NCBI GenBank assembly: GCA_963804995.1
Contig: CAWDSK010000003.1
Span: 672,001 to 736,000, forward strand
Direction of reading: 5' to 3'
DNA from: an uncultured Acidobacteriota bacterium
GTDB lineage: Bacteria; Acidobacteriota; Terriglobia; UBA7540
DNA length: 64,000 nucleotides
This document shows positions 59,250-64,000 of the stretch, in pieces; position 1 is the first letter of the stretch; every line of letters begins with the position of its first letter. The notes beneath the pieces are model-generated. The model had not been told where the DNA came from and ran no database searches. It saw only the letters and a list, made by a program, of their open reading frames with translations. Position numbers and translations under genes: made by a program.

Positions 59250-59978
59250 CTAGCGCGCCCGCCCTTTTCGCAAATTGGCCACCTCGCCGGGCGTCAATTC
59301 CCGCCACTTCCCCACTTCCAAGCCTTCCAAGGTGAGCGGACCGATGCGCGTGCGAACCAGTTTCAGCACCACGAATCCCACGGCTTCCATCATGCGCCGC
59401 ACCTCGCGGTTCTTGCCTTCCGTCAGCACGACATCGAGCCATGTATACTTTCCACGATCTTCCCGCCGCCGCACGCTTAAGGGCTTCGCGAAATCCCCGC
59501 GCTTCATCTCCACGCCGGCGTTGAGTTGCGCGATCACTTCATCGCTCAGCAGCGTGTTGGCTTTTACAAGGTAAGTCTTGGGGATTCCGGATTCCGGACT
59601 CATAACGAAGTCGGCGAAATCCGTGTCATTGGTGAGCAGTAACAGGCCTGAGGTGTCTTTATCCAGGCGGCCCACGGGCGCTACCCACTGGTTCTCTTCG
59701 TCAAGGTATTTGTAAATCGTGGGGCGACCGGCGGGATCGCCGTGACTGGTGATGACGCCCTTAGGCTTGTAGAAAAGCAGATAGCGTTTGCGCGCGGGCT
59801 TCAGGCGCTTGCCGTCCAATTGAAACGTGTCACGCTCCGGATCGACCCACACGTCCGGGTCGCGCACGATGCGGCCATTCACTTTCATGCGGCCCGCTAC
59901 AATCGCCTCGCGCGCCACCGTACGCGAACCAAGGCCAAAGCGCGAAAGCACCCGGTCGAGGGTCATGGTGGGTTTCAT
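59250..59978 (-). CDS. rRNA pseudouridine synthase (RsuA/RluB/E/F family)
   Basis: S4 domain; YKPKG, VGRLDKDTSGLLLLTND, EGKNREVRRM. Confidence 0.95.
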   Translation of the reverse strand: MKPTMTLDRVLSRFGLGSRTVAREAIVAGRMKVNGRIVRDPDVWVDPERDTFQLDGKRLKPARKRYLLFYKPKGVITSHGDPAGRPTIYKYLDEENQWVAPVGRLDKDTSGLLLLTNDTDFADFVMSPESGIPKTYLVKANTLLSDEVIAQLNAGVEMKRGDFAKPLSVRRREDRGKYTWLDVVLTEGKNREVRRMMEAVGFVVLKLVRTRIGPLTLEGLEVGKWRELTPGEVANLRKGRAR

Positions 59979-60050
59979 AGGGAACGAAACTCGAAAATCG
60001 AAATTCGAAAATCGCGAAATACGTGCGGTGGGCGGGCGAGTTTCATCTCT

Positions 60051-60263
60051 TCAGATTTCCACTTCCCGCCCCACACCTTGCGTTTCGGCTGCTTCCAGCA
60101 CCAGTCGGGCTGCCACGGCGTCCTGGACGGCGGCACCCACGGATTTGTACAGGGTGATCTGGTCAGGAGAGGTTCGCCCTGGATTCAAGCCTGAAATCAG
60201 CTCGCCAATTTCGGCGTCGAGGTCAAGCAAGCTTTCGACTTCGCGGCGGTTCAGGATGAGCAT
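60051..60263 (-). pseudogene. Ornithine cyclodeaminase/mu-crystallin gene with large in-frame internal deletion
   Basis: N-terminal MLILNRREVESLLD fused to C-terminal AEIGELISG..PGR....ITLYKSVG.AVQD. Confidence 0.8.
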
Positions 60264-60374
60264 TGGCGGAGTCTGTCTTGTAATGCAATGCCGTAAAATC
60301 TTGTTTTCTTAGAGAATTTCGTTTTGGTTGCGGCCACGCTGCACGGAGTTACCGGCTGCTCAATTAGTTCCTAG

Positions 60375-60455
60375 GTGACCCCCTCACCCGTCCCGCCCCG
60401 GCTGATGAAAACGCCGGTTGCGGTCCACCCTCTCCCCCAAAGGGGCGAGGGCTAT
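60375..60455. repeat. REP-like family A copy
   Basis: Same core as 55090-55165. Confidence 0.85.
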
Positions 60456-60506
60456 GAATTCAAATTGACGCTCGCCGCGGCTGAAGGTCCAGCGATCACA
60501 CTGGCC

Positions 60507-61316
60507 TCACTGCCCGGGCGCCAGGAACGACACCTCATCGAGCTGGATGAAATCCTGCACCATGGGCACGGTGGACCGGTCCATTTCCTGGATCGTACCC
60601 CAAAACGCCACGCGCCCGTCCACCAGGAACACCAGGCGGTCGGCAAGCTTGCGCGCCAGTTTCATGTCGTGCGTGACCACGACGGAGGTGATTCCCGTCT
60701 TGCGCTTGAGCTTCAGGATCAGGTCGCTGATAGTTTGTGCCATCAAGGGGTCGACCATGGTGGTGGGCTCATCGTAGAGAATGCACTCCGGCTTCGCCGC
60801 CAGCGCCCGCGCAATCGCCACGGCGCGCTTCATGCCGGTGCTGAGGTCCGTAGGCATCAGATCGCGCATGCCTTCCAGTTCCACTTGCGATAGCAGATCG
60901 TCCACCTGCCGCTCGATCTCGTCCTCATCAATGGCGAGGCCGCGCGTGGCACGCTCGCGCAAAGGATAAGCAACGTTCTCACCCACCGTGAGCGAGTCGA
61001 AGAGCGCGCCCGACTGAAAAACCATGGTCACACGCCGGCGGATGTCCATCAGTTCTTCCTCGCTTAGCGCCGAAACCTCACGGCCCGCCACCAGCACCTG
61101 CCCCGCGTCTGGCTTCAGAAAACCCAGAATGTGCTTCAGCGTCACGCTCTTGCCCACGCCACTTCGCCCCAGGATGGCCACCATCTCGCCGCGCCGCACC
61201 TCAAAGCTCACGTCTTCGAGCACGGCCTGCTCGTCAAAAGCCTTGTACACGTGGCGGAACTCGATGTAGGGCTCGCTGGACGGATTGGACCTGGGTTCGT
61301 CAGTCATGTAAAACAA
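60507..61316 (-). CDS. ABC transporter ATPase, MlaF/Mkl-like
   Basis: GRSGVGKS, FQSGALFDSL, LSTGMKR, YDEPTT, VTHD. Confidence 0.9.
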   Translation of the reverse strand: MFYMTDEPRSNPSSEPYIEFRHVYKAFDEQAVLEDVSFEVRRGEMVAILGRSGVGKSVTLKHILGFLKPDAGQVLVAGREVSALSEEELMDIRRRVTMVFQSGALFDSLTVGENVAYPLRERATRGLAIDEDEIERQVDDLLSQVELEGMRDLMPTDLSTGMKRAVAIARALAAKPECILYDEPTTMVDPLMAQTISDLILKLKRKTGITSVVVTHDMKLARKLADRLVFLVDGRVAFWGTIQEMDRSTVPMVQDFIQLDEVSFLAPGQ

Positions 61317-61464
61317 TTATGGATGATGAATTCGGAATTATGAAGCGGGAAAGGGAGCCAGACCCTTCTCAATTTCAGAAACCACATCGGGGAGGCGGGG
61401 GCGAGAGAACCCTCTCATCAAACTATGTAGCGTGAACTTGCGGAACAACCGCAGACCTCAACGA

Positions 61465-61592
61465 GAAGGTGTGAAAAAATGCCATTTTCACCGCTGAGAC
61501 GCTGAGACGCAGAGAAATGACCCTTTGTTTTCAAACCTCTGCGCCTCCGCGTCTCCGCGGTGAAAGGTTTGATGGGATTTTTTCACAGCTTC
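61465..61592. mobile_element. 128-bp MITE, copy 2, TSD CGA
   Basis: CGA at 61462-61464 and 61593-61595; inserted into a family B REP arm. Confidence 0.8.
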
Positions 61593-61626
61593 CGACGGAG
61601 GCGCTACGCTTGCTTTTGCAATTTGG

Positions 61627-62393
61627 TCAGTACCGCCACAGGAAGTAAATCGTCATGCCGGTCCCGACGCAGATGACGGCAGCGCGGGTCCAGCGCGGAT
61701 CGAGCTTCTGCGCGTAGTGCGCCCCGCCGTATCCGCCCAGAATCGCCCCCACGATCATCAGGATGGCCTGCGGCCACACCACCTGCCGCGCCAGGATGAA
61801 GGTCACCACGGCCGCCCCGTTGATCGAAGAACCCAGCAGCGCCTTCAATCCATTCATGGCGTGAATATCATCCATGTGGGTCATCTCAAGCATGGCCAGC
61901 ATCAGGATGCCGATACCGCCGCCAAAGAACCCTCCATAGATGGCAATCACCAGTTGCACCAGCGTGAGGCCCACGATGATGGGCCAGGATGGCGGCCCGG
62001 CGCGCTTGATCACCCCGCTCAGCTTTTGGGTCAGCCGTTTCCCAAACACGAAGAGCAGGGTGGCAATTCCAAACAGGTATGGACCAGGTGCATGAAGGTG
62101 GCCTGCGGCGTGTGCAGGAGCAACACGGCGCCCAATACGCCGCCGATCAGGCTGATCGTGATCAGCGGGACCATGAGCCTGGCGCTGCGCGGCAGGCGGT
62201 CGCGGTAGGCTCCCACGCTCGCCACTGAGCCCGGCCAGAGAGCAATGGTGTTGGTGGCATTCGCCTGGATGGGAGGCACCCCGGTGAAAATGAGTGCGGG
62301 AAAGGCAATGAAACTGCCGCCGCCAGCCACAGAATTCATAAGGCCGCCCAGGATGGCAGCGACGAAAAGGAGGATTCCATTAAGAAGAGTCAT
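61627..62393 (-). CDS. Sulfite exporter TauE/SafE family; -1 frameshift near 62082
   Basis: NSVAGGG, ANATN, YGGFFGGGIG motifs. Confidence 0.85.
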
Positions 62394-62396
62394 GAT

Positions 62397-63565
62397 TTAA
62401 GGGATACTGGGTTCCGCCGGCAGGGCCTCTACCGTACGTTTCAGCCCTGTCAGCAGGAATTTGCCGTCGGTCGAAAAAGTCGGCTGATAGCGATACCGCT
62501 TGTCCGGCTGCTGCAGCACGAAGGAAAAACTTCCCGGCTCATCGGCGGGCGAATCAGCGGTCTGAAATATAGTGTCTCCCAGGAATTCCGGCCAGGTATT
62601 CTGGATGAACTGGTGAAAGGCATCCAGGGTGGGGGAATCCGAGTGGAGAAATTTCGCCGGGGCAATCAAGGCATAAGCCGCATGGTAATCGTGCAGGTGC
62701 AACGCGGAAATGAAACGATAGAGCGTGTAGTCCTCGTCCGCTGAGTACTCCGTCTTAACGGGAACGTAGGCAGCGCCGTTCCAATGATATACAGCACGAG
62801 CGCTGAATCCGCGATGGCCATCCTTGTCAAACTGCAAAAGGCCCGGGTCGGCGCGGCCCTTGACAAGCATATCCGCGGGGCCATCACCCCGGTCCTGGAA
62901 AGTCACCTGCCCATGGAGGAAGGGCGTGTACTGGCTTTCATCGGCCTGGGCATCCCATAACAGCTTCGCAGCATGGTCCTTGACCTGGAACACCAAGGGA
63001 TAAGCAACTTGGGATTCTCCCTCCAAGGTCACTACCACAATGGCTTTGCCCACCGGCCTTCCCAGGTTGACCGTATGGACAAGCGCATCCTCGATTCCTA
63101 CCGCCAAGCTTGAGGCCTTCCAGCGTGTGACATCCCAGGCGAGCAGGTAAACACCCCATAGCGGACGCGAGTCGGGGGCCGGCGCAACCTCCGCAGTCAC
63201 CTCCACGTCCGGAATAGCCCATTTCAAGACCATCTCCGGGACGCCATCGCCGTCCAAATCACCGAGCGAGGTAAGCGTGTTGGGTGGTGAACCCTGCTTG
63301 GCGCCCCCCGCTTTCTCATTAATGTGCAGAGCTTCCGCCAGGGCCTCGAGGTCAGGCTTCGTCACACCCAGGAGGCTCGCGCTGATTTCAGGCGGAGCCG
63401 TGTCGGGTTGTGCAATTTGGCTGGCCGGAACGTCCGGCTCCTCCTTTCATTCTGGGCTCGGGCGTATGTCGCGAGGCCCAGAAGGGTAGCGGTAAGAGTT
63501 AAGCAAACTAGCCCCTTGCGGCGGTCGGCTGAAAAGCGTGGGCGCTGGTACAGATCGTTTCTCAT
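62397..63565 (-). CDS. Exported hypothetical protein with FG-GAP-like DLDGDG motif; frameshift near 63445
   Basis: Signal-peptide ORF 63565-63362 joins the 322-aa ORF if one A is added to the A run. Confidence 0.65.
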
Positions 63566-63732
63566 GGTATTCAGTCATTATAGGACAAGCTTGATTTCTG
63601 AACAAATTTCATTATTAGAGGAGTCTTGAGGCGCTCGCGGGTTCATTACTGTAGCCTCTAAATCAATATAAAGCATTTTAAATCAATGCATTGAAGAGTA
63701 AAATAAATTCCAGACGGCTAAATCCATAAATA

Positions 63733-63759
63733 TTGGCACTCAACGCCTTAGAGTGCTAA
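63733..63759. promoter_or_regulatory. CIRCE element 1 (HrcA operator)
   Basis: TTGGCACTC-N9-GAGTGCTAA. Confidence 0.9.
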
Positions 63760-63787
63760 TTCATTGATTCCAGGCCGAATTTGATGC

Positions 63788-63841
63788 TTGACAAACCCTT
63801 GCGCAAAGGATAGATTAGCACTCTTAATAAGCAAGTGCTAG
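63788..63841 (+). promoter_or_regulatory. Sigma70 promoter overlapped by CIRCE element 2
   Basis: TTGACA (63788)-17 bp-TAGATT (63811); TTAGCACTC-N9-AAGTGCTAG (63815-63841). Confidence 0.85.
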
Positions 63842-63993
63842 ACAGGCAAAATAATTTGCGGGACGGCATCAAACAAATCCAACTCAAGGCTGAATCCAAC
63901 TGGCCCAAGGGACTTTCGGGCGGACGCGGAAGCTGCTGAAGCCTCGAAAATCCGAAACTTGGGTCAAAACTGAGGAGGAAAGGAGACTCTACT

Positions 63994-64000
63994 ATGACCG
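63994..64000 (+). CDS. Start of a heat-shock gene, probably groES (truncated by window)
   Basis: AGGAG RBS and ATG downstream of a CIRCE-controlled promoter; identity inferred only. Confidence 0.45.

Noticed and set aside
2660..63450. Frameshifts in nodT, GH130, VWA, ECF sigma, TPR, tauE and 62397-63565 as programmed recoding or mass pseudogenisation
   Set aside because: Each is a 1-2 nt indel, mostly at short homopolymers or near TCGA, in otherwise intact genes with no shared slippery motif; best explained as long-read consensus error. Needs a read check.

Overview
GC-rich bacterial chromosome segment, most likely Acidobacteriota (Terriglobia-like), inferred from the gene families present: acidobacterial VWA protein, class D sortase, zf-HC2 anti-sigma, Tat-exported UxuA paralogs. 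The first ~36 kb reads as a stress/desiccation/envelope island. It holds small membrane proteins (DUF3185-, Thivi_2564- and lmo0937-like), an MdtABC-NodT RND pump, a CAP protein, a DUF3494 ice-binding-type protein, an AI-2E transporter, a six-gene trehalose operon (GT2, Msc-type TM protein, membrane-anchored TPS, OtsB, DUF5752, TreT), a Gln-repeat secreted protein, a GT4/GH130 pair and a sortase-VWA-substrate locus. The strongest unannotated signal is a shared Crp/Fnr-like promoter architecture at eight loci in this island: a TGAGC-N6-GAACA box, often with a second box 22 bp upstream, and 21 bp from box to a TATAAN-like -10 (box centred at -41.5). A Crp/Fnr gene remnant lies inside the island. 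The rest of the window has a 1.2k-aa surface protein separated from its putative sigma54 promoter by an IS5, DUF6569 divergent from an ECF sigma/anti-sigma pair, two Tat-signal mannonate dehydratases, an aminotransferase-TPR-type III PKS-FAD oxidoreductase-YceI cluster, AmrS, a RHH/PemK toxin-antitoxin pair, housekeeping genes and a double-CIRCE promoter at the right edge. Intergenic DNA is dense in nested REP-like palindromes, including two MITE types with clear target-site duplications. About eight genes carry 1-2 nt frameshifts, most probably assembly errors. All product calls come from motif recognition by eye; no database search was run.
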